DNA from: Mycoplasmoides genitalium G37
Lineage (GTDB): Bacteria > Bacillota_I > Bacilli_A > Mycoplasmatales > Mycoplasmoidaceae
Length of the DNA: 32,000 nucleotides
Reading direction: 5' to 3'
NCBI RefSeq assembly: GCF_000027325.1
Contig: NC_000908.2
Location: 420,001 to 452,000 of the forward strand
A program made the translations under genes and the position numbers. Below are positions 1 to 23,921 of this stretch, one piece after another. Numbering within the stretch: position 1 is the first letter of the stretch; each line of letters starts with the position of its first letter. A model generated the notes under the pieces. It ran no database searches. It was not told where the DNA came from and saw only the letters and a list, made by a program, of their open reading frames with translations.

Positions 1-45
1 ACAATCTTTTAAATCACTTGCACTCTTCAAAAAATGTGCATCCAT
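1..45 (-). CDS. 5' end (15 codons) of a CDS that continues past the window start. The N-terminus MDAHFLKSASDLKDC is reminiscent of EngB/YsxC-type GTPase N-termini.
   Basis: ATG at 45..43 on the minus strand, open to position 1. It lies 7 nt downstream of the stop of the 53..274 gene on the same strand. The fragment is too short for a firm family call. Confidence 0.35.
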   Translation of the reverse strand, partial: MDAHFLKSASDLKDC

Positions 46-52
46 GTGTATT

Positions 53-274
53 TTATTTTTGGTTTTTAATGGAGCGCATTATCTCTTTTACCTGGGTTTC
101 AGATAATTTTCTACCCATTTTTGCATACATTGCTTTAATTTGATTTTCAGTAATAGGTGGATTGTCACGCATCTGTTTTTTAAAGATTTTTATAGAAATA
201 AAATAACCAAGAATCATTCCCACCAAAAGCGAAAGAGGGATACCTAAACCTAATGCAAGTGCTAGATCATTCAT
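53..274 (-). CDS. UPF0154 / YneF-family small membrane protein (73 aa)
   Basis: Intact ORF from ATG to TAA. It has an N-terminal hydrophobic helix (LALGLGIPLSLLVGMILGYFISI) followed by the family-typical NPPITENQIKAMYAKMGRKLSE segment. Confidence 0.8.
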   Translation of the reverse strand: MNDLALALGLGIPLSLLVGMILGYFISIKIFKKQMRDNPPITENQIKAMYAKMGRKLSETQVKEIMRSIKNQK

Positions 275-332
275 AGCTATATATTAATAATTAAACATTT
301 TAAAAGTCTTATAAAATTAAATAATCGAATTA

Positions 333-1358
333 ATGGATAAACTTGTTAGTATATTAGTTCCTTGTTACAAATCAAAACCTTTTTTAAAACGTTTTTTTAA
401 TTCACTTTTAAAGCAAGATCTTAATCAAGCTAAAATTATTTTTTTCAATGACAATGTTGCTGATGAAACCTATGAAGTTTTGCAAAAATTCAAAAAAGAA
501 CACAATAACTTAGCAATTGAAGTCTATTGTGACAAACAGAATGAAGGTATTGGAAAAGTGCGTGATAAGCTAGTGAATCTAGTAACAACACCTTATTTTT
601 ATTTTATCGATCCTGATGATTGTTTTAACAACAAAAATGTCATAAAAGAGATTGTTGAATCAATTAAAAAAGAAGATTTTGATCTTGGTGTATTAAAAAG
701 TATGGTCTATTTATGCTTCTTAAAACATGATTTCATTATTAAATTTTTGCCTTTAAAAGGTATTTTTCAAGGCAGAGTAAAATTAATTAATAATAACAAT
801 GTTAATAAATTAAATTACATCAAAAATAATGATCAATATATTTGAAATATTGTTATAAACACAGATTTTTTTAGGAAGCTAAATTTAACTTTTGAATCAA
901 GGTTATTTGAAGATATACCAATCTGATATCCGATGTTTTTTTCATCACAAAAAATTGTTTTTATTGATGTGATAGGAACAAATTATTTTATTCGTAATGA
1001 TAGTTTATCAACTACTATTAGTGCTCCACGCTACTTAAATTTAATCCAATGTTATGAAAAGCTATATGTAAATCTCAGCCAAAATGGTTCTCTTGCAAGT
1101 TTTATTGATCCAAATCATAAGATTGAAGCTAGGTTTTGAAGAAGGCAAATGTTTGTTTGATTTGCACTTTTCAGCTTTGAATACTTTAAGAAAAATTTTT
1201 CTGAATCAAAAAAAATTCTTGAAAAACTATTTGTTTTTTTGGAAAAAAATGGAGTTTATGAACGTGTTTTTCAAACAAAAAATCAAGGTATTTACTATAT
1301 TTGGGTACAGCGACTAAAATATTTTAAACATGTTTTGGAATCTAAATCAGATAACTAA
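333..1358 (+). CDS. Family 2 glycosyltransferase (341 aa), matching my recollection of the M. genitalium glycolipid synthase GT MG517
   Basis: Track ORFs 333..845 and 933..1139 and the downstream sequence share one frame and are joined through 4 in-frame TGA codons, ending at TAA 1356..1358. It has the GT-A N-terminus ILVPCYKSKPFLKRFFNSLLKQ and the DXD motif FIDPDD. Confidence 0.85.
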
Positions 1359-1466
1359 TTAAGTTCTCTTTAAAAAATCAATGAGATTAAAGTTATTTAA
1401 AGCTTATTGTTTAATTTACTTAAATTAAGAATCTTTATCTTGTTAAATTAATACTTAACTGGTTTA

Positions 1467-2693
1467 ATGTCTGCAATTAAATTTAATCCTAGTTCATTCA
1501 GAAAAAACTTTAAATGGTTTGAAAATAACAAAAATTGGATTAATTTTGATAATGCTGCTACTTCCATTGCACTTGATGTTGTGGCTGAAGCAAGCAAAGA
1601 ATATTACCAGTATTTTTGTGTCAATCCTCATAACAAAAATCCTGAAATTAACCAAAAACTTATTGCTATTATTGAAGAAACAAGAGATTTATTAGCAAAA
1701 TTTTTCAATGCTAAAAAAAATGAAATAATTTTTACAAGTTCTGCAACTGAATCGCTTAACTTATTCGCCTTTGGATTAAGCTCTTTAGTAAAAAGTAATG
1801 ATGAAATCATTCTCAAAGAAGATGAACATGCTGCTAATGTTTTTCCCTGAGTAAATCTAGCAAAAGAAAATAAAGCCAAACTAAAAATAATTAAAAAAAC
1901 ACCAAATAAATCTTGAACTGATGCTTTTTTAAAAGCTTGTACACCATCAACAAAACTATTAGTTATAACTGCAACATCTAATCTTTTTGGAAATAGTATT
2001 GACTATGAAAAAATTTCTAAACACTTAAAAAAAATATCACCAAATAGCTTTATTGTTGTAGATGCAGTACAAGCTGTACCACACCATAAAATCGATATTA
2101 CAAGTGCTAATATTGATTTTTTAACTTTTTCTACACATAAATTTTATGGACCTACTGGTCTTGGCATTGCCTTTATCAAAAGCGAATTACAATCACGACT
2201 AAAACCCTTTAAATTAGGTGGTGATATTTTTAAATCATTGGATAATAACTTTAAGATAATTTTTAAAGAAGGTCCTTCCAAATTTGAAGCTGGAACGCTA
2301 AATATTATGGCTATTTATGCTTTGAATAAACAGTTAAAATTCATGCAAAAAGAATTTAATTTCAGTGAAATGGTGTTTTACAGCAAACAATTAAAAAATT
2401 TAGCTTATCAACTGCTAAGTCAAAATCCTAATATCGTTTTAGCTAATCATGATCAAGATGTTCCTATCTTTGCTTTTAAGCATAAATATATTAATTCTGC
2501 AGATCTAGCAACTTTTTTAAACATTAAAAAAATAATTGTTAGACAAGGATCCATCTGTGTTGGTAAATTTAAAAATAAAGAGAGTTTTTTACGTGTTTCT
2601 CTACTCCATTACAACACAAAAGAGGAATTACTTTATTTAGAAAAATTATTAAAAACTAGTAAGAATTCCATTATTAATGAACTAATATATTAG
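1467..2693 (+). CDS. nifS: Cysteine desulfurase, class V aminotransferase (NifS/SufS-like), 408 aa
   Basis: ORFs 1467..1850 and 2238..2693 are in the same frame and joined through TGA codons. It carries the PLP-lysine motif FSTHKFYGPTG and a catalytic-Cys region RQGSICVG. It lies immediately upstream of an IscU/NifU-like gene. Confidence 0.85.
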
Positions 2694-2696
2694 CTA

Positions 2697-3099
2697 ATGG
2701 ATATTAGAGCAAGAACAAAAATTATTGATATTTATTCAAATTTAAAATACAAAAAACCTCTCAAAAGTTTTCAAAAAATTTTAACAACAAGTGATAGTGA
2801 TAATTGTGAAGACTTTTTTAATATAGGTTTAAATATTGATAAAAATAAAATTACTGCAATTGGTTTTGATGGTGATGGTTGTATTATCTCTACAATTGCA
2901 ACTGAATTAAGTATTAAAGCAATTGAAAATAAAACTATTAACCAAGCAAAAAAAATATTATCAGATTTAATTGCAACTTATAAAGATAAAAATTCAGCAA
3001 ACCAAGTTGTTGAAGAATTAAAGCTTTTAATTGAAATGAATGTAACTGAAAAAAGGTTACAGTGTTTGCTTTTAACACCAAGCAACTTATTGCAATGGT

Positions 3100-3113
<14 letters not shown>
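2697..3113 (+). CDS. nifU: Fe-S cluster scaffold, NifU/IscU/SufU-like (138 aa)
   Basis: Intact ORF with three scaffold-type Cys contexts: [20 protein letters not shown] and RLQCLLL. It starts 3 nt after the desulfurase stop. Confidence 0.8.
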
Positions 3114-6912
<3,799 letters not shown>

Positions 6913-7021
6913 CTTATACTAGCAGTTTGATAATTATCACATTTAAAAATCTAGCTAATATAATTGCAAATCTAGATTATTAAAAAATGTATATTAATTA
7001 TAAATAAGTTAATTTTTCTAA

Positions 7022-7044
7022 TTTAAGCATTAAAAAAGCTTAAA
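7022..7044 (-). terminator. Palindrome TTTAAGC-N9-GCTTAAA downstream of recA; weak candidate terminator
   Basis: 7-bp stem 46 nt after the recA stop, followed on the minus strand by TTAGAAAAATT. The stem is AT-rich and the U-tract is poor. Confidence 0.25.
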
Positions 7045-7089
7045 TCTCTCTAATTAAAATGCTTTACCAGAAAATCAAAAAATTAGTTT

Positions 7090-8112
7090 TTAGCTAGCTG
7101 TTTGTTGAAATGAATTTTTATTAGCCAATTGTTGAACAGTTAGTTCTTTTATTTGTTCAAATAATGCTGGCTTTTCTGATAAAACATTTAATAATTTTTC
7201 TTTACCAACAGCAATGCTTTCATTGTTAAAAGAATAAGAATTTCCAGCTCTTACAACAACATTAAATTTAAGTGCTAAGTCAATAACTTCATGTTCATGT
7301 ACAAAACCACGGTTAAACATGATTTCTAATATAGCAACACCAAAAGGTTTAGCAATCTTATTTTTAGATACCATTACTTTTGTTTTTATGCCAACATAAT
7401 TGTTGAATTTATCCTTAAGTAATTCAACACGCTTAGCTTCCATTCTTAATGAACTATAAAATCTTAGAGCTTTTCCTCCTGTTGTAACTTCGTTATTTCC
7501 AAACATCACTCCTGGTTTTTCGCGTAACTGATTAATGAATAAAACACAAGTTTTAGAATCTGGTAATATCGATTGTATTCTTCGCAAACCTTTTGACATC
7601 ATTCTTGCATGCAAGCCAATAGTTTGTTCTTCAATTGTGCCTTCTAACTCTTGTTTAGGAATTAACGCTGCTACAGAGTCAATAACAATTAAAGATATCT
7701 TGTTTGTTTTAATTAATGATTCGATAAGAGCAAAAGCGTTTTCACCATGCCTAGGATGAGCAATCAAAAGTTTATTTAGATCAATACCAATTGATTTAGC
7801 ATATGCTAAATCAAGTGCACCTTCAGCATCAATATAACATGCTGTTTTACCTGCTTTCTGAAAACTAGCGACTGCATTTAGTGCAATAGTTGTTTTTCCA
7901 GATGATTCATTTCCATATAGTTCTACTATCCTACCTAAAGGTAGACCACCAGACCCTAATGCTTCATCTAAATTTAAACTTCCAGTTGAAATTGTTTCAA
8001 TTTCACTGTTTTTCTTTGCATCAAAAAAATCAAAACTTGTCAAATTATTACTTTCAATAAAACTACTATTTTTTTGAGTATTTTTCTTATTAATTATTTC
8101 TTTTTGAGCCAT
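7090..8112 (-). CDS. recA: Recombinase RecA (340 aa)
   Basis: Intact ORF with Walker A GNESSGKTT, the ISTGSLNLDEALGSGGLPLGRIVELYG block, Walker B LIVIDSVAAL and the L2-region NQLREKPGVMFGNNEVTTGG. Confidence 0.97.
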   Translation of the reverse strand: MAQKEIINKKNTQKNSSFIESNNLTSFDFFDAKKNSEIETISTGSLNLDEALGSGGLPLGRIVELYGNESSGKTTIALNAVASFQKAGKTACYIDAEGALDLAYAKSIGIDLNKLLIAHPRHGENAFALIESLIKTNKISLIVIDSVAALIPKQELEGTIEEQTIGLHARMMSKGLRRIQSILPDSKTCVLFINQLREKPGVMFGNNEVTTGGKALRFYSSLRMEAKRVELLKDKFNNYVGIKTKVMVSKNKIAKPFGVAILEIMFNRGFVHEHEVIDLALKFNVVVRAGNSYSFNNESIAVGKEKLLNVLSEKPALFEQIKELTVQQLANKNSFQQTAS

Positions 8113-8127
8113 CTTTCATTACACCTT

Positions 8128-8158
8128 ATAAATAAGTGCAAAAAAATAAAAATGACAT
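8128..8158 (-). promoter_or_regulatory. Candidate alternative-sigma (MG428 / sigma-20 type) promoter for recA: ATGTCA-N19-ATTTAT
   Basis: The minus strand reads ATGTCA (8158..8153), a 19-nt spacer, then ATTTAT (8133..8128), ending 15 nt before the recA ATG. The consensus as I recall it is TTGTCA-N18/19-ATTWAT. The match is 5/6 plus 6/6 with correct spacing. Confidence 0.4.
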
Positions 8159-8309
8159 TTTTTTATTAGAAATTTTGTTTATTTTTTAATTTTTCTTAAA
8201 AAAATCTCTTTTTAGGAGTTTATTTTTTTATATTAGTTAACTTGTTTGGTTTGTTGACATAAACACTCCTAAAACTCCTATATATTATTAGTAAATATAT
8301 AGATTTTTG

Positions 8310-9614
<1,305 letters not shown>

Positions 9615-9948
9615 GGAATCTTCTTCCTCTTTCAACCCCACCCAAAGGTTGCAAAAAGATAGTCCGGTGAAGGATTCAAACAAAGACAGTGAGAAACTCA
9701 GTGAAACAACTGCTTCATCCATGAGTGGTATGGCTACATCTCCTCGCAAAGCCCTCAAAGTGGAGGTGAAAAAACAAAGTGGATCAAGTGACACCCTCAC
9801 CAAAAACGACTTTGCTAAAAAGCCACTGCAGCATAAGAACAGTAGTGGGACAGAGGTGAAGTTAGATGCGAGTGGGGAGTTTGGTGACAACAAAGCCTGA
9901 AAACCATTGTTGACTACCGAGCAAATAGCAAGAGAGAAGAGGATGGGG
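9615..9948 (+). repeat. MgPar block B: mgpC-like segment in frame 1
   Basis: Frame 1 reads SSSSFNPTQRLQKDSPVKDS...GEFGDNKAWKPLLTTEQIAREK, resembling the N-proximal variable part of P110. It is shifted +1 relative to block A. Confidence 0.7.
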
Positions 9949-9950
9949 AT

Positions 9951-10555
<605 letters not shown>

Positions 10556-10558
<3 letters not shown>

Positions 10559-10576
10559 AATAGTAACTATTTTTTT
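10556..10576. other. AT-rich palindrome AAAAATAG-TAA-CTATTTTT between the MgPar end and the rpoC stop
   Basis: Perfect 8-bp stem with a 3-nt loop, with T residues following on the plus strand. It contains a single G:C pair, so a terminator role is uncertain. Confidence 0.3.
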
Positions 10577-10579
10577 AAA

Positions 10580-14458
<3,879 letters not shown>

Positions 14459-14467
14459 TGTTAATTT

Positions 14468-18640
<4,173 letters not shown>

Positions 18641-18661
18641 TTGTGGGGTGAAAAGCGGATC

Positions 18662-18708
18662 AAAACATTAAAAAGCCACTAACAGCGTTATAAAACGCAT
18701 GCTAATGG
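18662..18708 (-). terminator. Rho-independent-terminator-like hairpin plus U-tract between the FMN-reductase-like gene and rpoB
   Basis: The minus strand reads CCATTAGCA-T-GCGTT TTAT AACGC TGTTAGTGG, about 14 bp including 2 G:U pairs and 1 bulge, followed by CTTTTTAATGTTTT. It ends about 22 nt upstream of the rpoB ATG. Confidence 0.5.
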
Positions 18709-18729
18709 ACTTAATCACAGTTCGCTAAA

Positions 18730-19236
18730 TTATATTAATTTTTTAACTTGTTCAATAAAAGGCTTAAAATCAAAGTTCTCATGATAACCGTTGACTAAAA
18801 CTGTTCCTTTAACATTAAGACCGCTAAAACTTAAAAATTTATCTAGTAATTCTAGAACAGTTTTACCCCCACCCGCAGTTGCTGGAGTTACACAACAAAT
18901 AACTCCATTAAGACCTTTTAAAAATTGATTTCTACCATACTGCTCATCACGAGTCATCCAGTCAATGATGTTTTTAGCAAAAGCAGGGATAAAACCGTTG
19001 TGTTCAGGGGTAACAAAAATTAAATTGCTATGTTCTTTGATTTTTCTAACTAAAGTTTTAATTTTGTCAGGAAAGTTAGTTGCTTCTAAATCAACAGAAT
19101 AAAAATCAACTTGATAGTCTTTTAACTCAATCAATTCACAACTTAAAGAATGTTTTAATTCATTAGCAAATTTCCTGTTAATGGAATGTTGCGAATTGGA
19201 GAGCATTAAAATTAATGACTTTTGATCTTTTGACAT
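18730..19236 (-). CDS. NAD(P)H-dependent FMN reductase / flavodoxin-like fold protein (168 aa)
   Basis: Intact ORF with the family-typical block [24 protein letters not shown]. Confidence 0.75.
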
Positions 19237-19314
19237 AAATTAACACTTAAATTTTAAATAAAAAGTATTTAAAAACAATTTAATAGAAGCGTATAGCTAT
19301 TTTTTTCAATGTTG

Positions 19315-20355
19315 TTAATTATTGAGAAAATAGCAACCTTGATAAGTCTTAATATCAGCAACCTTAGTATCTAAACTAACGGTTGGTAAATTGGGGTTTT
19401 GTTCTTTATTTCCTTCAAGTAAACAGATACAATTCTCATCAAAATTAAAACCTTTCATTATTTCAACAATTAAGTGGAATTCCAAATCAAAAATCAAAGC
19501 ATCAACTTTTAATTTAGTAGGAGAATTTGAAAATACTTGTAATTTGGAATAATGCAGTAAAAACTGCTGATTAAAATCTTTAACAGTTTGTTGTCAAATT
19601 AAGTTCTTTTGCTCAAAGTTAGGATGCTTAATGTTTTCTAAATTTTTTAACAAGTATTTATGAGGCAAGATAAAATGGCTGGTGATTTTTAACTTTTTTT
19701 CAATTGTGAATCTGTCTTGAAAACTAGTGAAACTAAAATCAATGTTACTTTTTTCAAAGTTAGTTTCATAACCAAACACACCGTTTAGTTCAACAAACAT
19801 TACGTTATTTTTAGACTTGTGCTTTTTTTCTAATTTTCTAACTAACTTAAAAAACTTATTTTGAAATGATCTTAAAGAATAAACTTCATGTTTTATTTTT
19901 TGTTTTTTAATTTCTTTAATTAGCGAATCAGAAAGCTTAATAGTTGTTTTTTCTTCTGGTGAATTAATTAATAAAAAAACTATTTTCAAACCCTTAAAAG
20001 TTTTCAGTATTTTTAAAAACTTATTAATTTCTGTATCTGTATTTTTGGTTTTTTCAACAAAAGCAAATACAGTATCGTTTTGACTTTTATTTCTTAATGC
20101 TAAACCAAATGCACTTCACAAGTTATTATCAAAACCTAAAAAAGGGAAGTTATCAAAATAAATCTTTTGATATATTGGAAGACTTACTTTGTTAACAAGC
20201 AGATAATTTACTTTTTTAGATCTAACTAAAAAATTAACAAAATCTAGATATTGTAATGTTGATAAAAGTCCAACCTTATTGCTATTTTGAAAAAAATCAT
20301 AAGCTAATAGGCGTTGCTCATTAACGAGGGTTTGATCATTAATTTTATGAGACAT
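19315..20355 (-). CDS. Hypothetical protein (346 aa)
   Basis: ORFs 19315..19497, 19594..19989 and 20116..20355 are in one frame. The gaps were checked and contain only TGA. ATG at 20355 and TAA at 19315..19317. I recognise no domain. Confidence 0.65.
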
Positions 20356-20358
20356 TGT

Positions 20359-21180
20359 TTAATAAATTTTACTTAGTTTATTATGATTCAGGATATCATC
20401 CATTGCTTTACAAAAGCTTTCATATTTACTATTAAACATTTGGTGTTCACTGTTTAAGATAACAGATGATTGCAAATTATTGTTCTTAATTAGGTATTTA
20501 TTGAAATAGCTTAATGTTAATTTTGTTGGCATAAATAAATCATTTTGAGCTAAAACCAAAAACACTGGTAACTTTAAATTTTTATAAGTCTTATTTAAAA
20601 CTGGTAGTTCTTTCAAAATATTATTAGAAAGCTTTTTAGCCATTTTACTGTGTTTTGACAGCTCATTTTCTCAGCTGTTTTCATCAGTTAAATTACTAAA
20701 TTTAGTTTGAAACATTGCTTTAAAATTAGCCATTCTTTCTGCCTTATCTTTTTTAAAAGAACTTTTAATTTTGAAATATCTCAATAAGTTACAGTATGAA
20801 AGAGGTGCTAAAAGTATGAGTTTTTCAACACGTTTAGCATTTAATAAATTCATGGCATAACTACAAACAGCAGCACCCATACTGTGTCCTATTAGAACGA
20901 TGTTTTCCAGATCCTTATTTTCTATAAAAGCAGCTAATAGTTCTCCATAATGGATTGGAGATAATTCCTTATAATCAAAACCATTTACATTATGACCAGG
21001 TCAAAGTGGAGCGTAATAGTCATAATCAGTAAGGGTTTTATAAAAACTTTGAAAGTAGCTATGAAAAACAGAAAATCCATGTGCAAAAACAACCGTTTGT
21101 TTTTTTGTTTTTTTTGCTGGCTGAAAGAAAACTTCAAGCTTAGAAATATCAATCTGATTAAGATCTGAAAACCTTTTCAC
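20359..21180 (-). CDS. Alpha/beta hydrolase, putative lipase/esterase (273 aa)
   Basis: ORFs 20359..20643 and 20671..20880 plus the upstream sequence are in one frame. The GTG start at 21180 is the first start after the in-frame TAG at 21229..21231. It has the nucleophile elbow GHSMG and an HG-type oxyanion region FAHGF. Confidence 0.8.
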
Positions 21181-21190
21181 AATTATTTTT

Positions 21191-23878
21191 TTAACACACT
21201 TTAAAACAACGTGAGCACAAATTATGATCTAATTTTTGCTTAATGATTGTTTGAAAATTTCAGCATCTTTCACACATTGTTTTTTTAGTTTTTTTAACTT
21301 TAATTTCATTTTCATTATTTGTTAAATTAACACTGTTTACATTAAGTCAAAGTGCGAGATTATCCTTTAATTTTTTGGGTATTTTTTTATTAATTCCAAC
21401 GGTTAATTCAATTTGATTATTTTTAGAAATCAACCCTTCTTTTCTTAGCTTTTCAATTTCTTTGAAAGCAGCATTTTTAATACTAGTAAAAGTTTTATAG
21501 ATATTTTCTAAATTCTTAGAGTTAGCAACTTTAAAAACAGTCGGTTTTGTAAAGAGGTTCACACTTATTGGTTTTTTATTGAATGAATAGTTTTTTCAAG
21601 CATCTTCTGCAGTGTGGGGAATAAAGATATTTAAAAAACTGATTAGTTGTGTAAAAATATAGTTTAAAACAGCTTGTTTAGCTAAACGATTAGGATTATT
21701 TTTAGCATCACAATATAAGGTGTCTTTAATTATTTCAAAGTATCAGCTTGATAGTCATAAAACAAACTTATTAATCACTTTTAGGCAACCTAAAAAATTA
21801 TATTTCTCTAAAAATTTCTCAATTTGTTCTACTAGTGAATTAGTTTTATGGATAACTATTTTGTCTTCTAGTGAAAACTTATAATCATCCATTGATGTAA
21901 AGTTAAATCCATTAATATTACCCAAAATAAAACGTAGTAAACTATTTCTAATTCTGCGGTATTGTTCAGCAACTTGTTTAAGAATATTAACACCTATTTT
22001 GTTATCAATTTGTCAATCAGTATTAGCAACTCACAACCTTAATATATCCGCTCCATATTGATCACAAATTTTTAAAGGATCAACTATGTTTCCTAATGAC
22101 TTTGACATTTTATTGCCATTTTCATCAAGTGTAAAACCATGTGAAACAAGTGATTTAAAAGGGATTAAATCATTTTGAATAATTCCGCAATTTGAAGAAG
22201 AGTTGAACCAACCCCGATATTGATCAGAACCTTCAATATAAAGATCAGCTATTGAACCATATTTATTTATTTCCAAAACATTATAGGAAGAACCTGAGTC
22301 AAATCAAACATCTAATGTATCAATCTCCTTGTGATACTTAACTCATTTTTTGGTTTTATCAGGTTTTAAAAAACAAGTTACATCTTTTTCAAATCAACTA
22401 TCAATACCATGCTTTTTCAATTGTTTAATTGTGTATTGAATTGTTGAAAAATCTAACAATGGTTTGTTATTTGCATAAACAATTGGTATAGGCAAGCCCC
22501 ATACTCTTTGACGTGAGATACATCATTCATCACGTTGTAAAAGCATCTCTTTTAATCTCAATTGATTTTTTGAATTTAAAAAATTAACTTGATTAATTTG
22601 TTTTTTTAACTGCTTTTTTATTGATTTAGTTTTAATGAATAATTGTTTGGAAGCACGGTATATAACTGGAGTTTTTGAGCGTCAATCATGTGGTTCGCGG
22701 TGGGAAATAACTTCAGAAAAAATAAAGCTATTGTTTTGTTTTAAACGATTAATAATTAGATCATTTGCTTTAAGATAAAAACAATTCTCAAGTTCTTTAT
22801 CATTAAGTAAGTTATTAAATACACCTTTCTCATCAATAGAAATCAAAACTTCTTTAATCTTGTTTTTTTGACAAAGATAAAAATCATCAATTCCAAATGC
22901 AGGGGAGCTGTGAACAATACCTGTTCCCTCATTATCAACAACATGTATTCCCATTAGAACTGGTAAAACCTTGTTATAAAAACAATGAGAATAGCTTGAA
23001 TTTTTTAAATTTGAACCCTTGAATTTTTTTAGTTTAATTGCATTTGTTCAATTTAACTTATTTGTAAAAACTTCAAATAATTTTTCCAAGATAACAAATT
23101 TTTGTTGGTTATATTCAAAAAGAAGATAATCAAAATCAGGATGAATGGCAATTGCTTGATTAGTTGGTAGTGTTCAAGGAGTTGTTGTTCAAACTAATAA
23201 ATTAGCATTTTCATCTAAAAAATCACTTTTAGAAACTTTAAAAGTTAAATAAAGTGCAATTGAATTAACTTCTTTATATTCAATTTCCGCTTCAGCAAGT
23301 GAAGTTCTTGAAATTGGTGATCAATAAGTTGGTTTTAAATCTTGAAAAATGAGCCCTTTTTTAATTGCTTGTAAAAATAGTTCAAGTTCCTTAAATTGAA
23401 AACTCTCATCTATTGTGTAATAACAGTTTTGAAAATCATTTAAAAGTCCCAGTCTTTGAAATTGTTCTTTTTGAACTGCAATTTGTGAAAGTGCAAACTG
23501 ATGACATAATTTTCTTTTTTCAACAGTTGAAAGATTGCTATAACTACTAGGGTTTTTCTTACTAACTGCATGTTCTATTGGTAGTCCATGACAATCCCAA
23601 CCAGGAATAAAAACAACATCATATCCTTCATATAACCAACTACGTAAAATGAAGTCTTTTAAAATCTTGTTAAGAGCATGTCCCACATGAATACTACCAT
23701 TTGCATAAGGTGGTCCATCATGCAGTATTTTTATCTGTTTTCCTTTATTCTGTTTTTTTAATTTTTGAAAGACTTTTTTATCTTTTCAAAAATCATGAAA
23801 ATTCTTTTCACTAGTAGATAAATTTGCCTGCATCGCAAAGGATGTTTTAGGCATTAACAATGTCTTTTTTAAGTCCAT
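21191..23878 (-). CDS. ileS: Isoleucine--tRNA ligase (895 aa)
   Basis: Four track ORFs share one frame, and all gaps were walked and contain only TGA. It has the HIGH-type motif [16 protein letters not shown], the KMSKS motif, and [13 protein letters not shown] at 23878 and TAA at 21191..21193. Confidence 0.95.
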
Positions 23879-23921
23879 TAAATCAGAGTAATTTTATTAA
23901 TATTTATCTAACTTACATCTG

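Noticed and set aside
1084-1317. 77-aa plus-strand ORF overlapping the 3' part of the glycosyltransferase gene, and the minus-strand ORF 1628..1879 inside nifS
   Set aside because: 1084..1317 is in frame 1, whereas the glycosyltransferase continues in frame 0 through TGA codons to 1358. 1628..1879 is antisense to the desulfurase. Both are artefacts of standard-code ORF calling.
6913-7089. Repeated AAATCTAG words and a palindrome in the recA-lipoprotein spacer as a possible regulatory or RNA element
   Set aside because: The repeats are short (8 nt) in very AT-rich DNA and are expected by chance. Only the 7-bp palindrome is listed, as a low-confidence terminator candidate.
7535-7759. Plus-strand 74-aa ORF inside recA
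   Set aside because: It is a shadow ORF antisense to a highly conserved gene, with no independent support.
8254-8259. Perfect TTGACA -35 hexamer as proof that the MgPar is an expressed gene
   Set aside because: A single hexamer in 13%-GC spacer DNA is weak evidence. Mycoplasma promoters rely mainly on the -10 region. The cassette has no start codon context and changes frame twice. I kept it only as a low-priority check in the findings.
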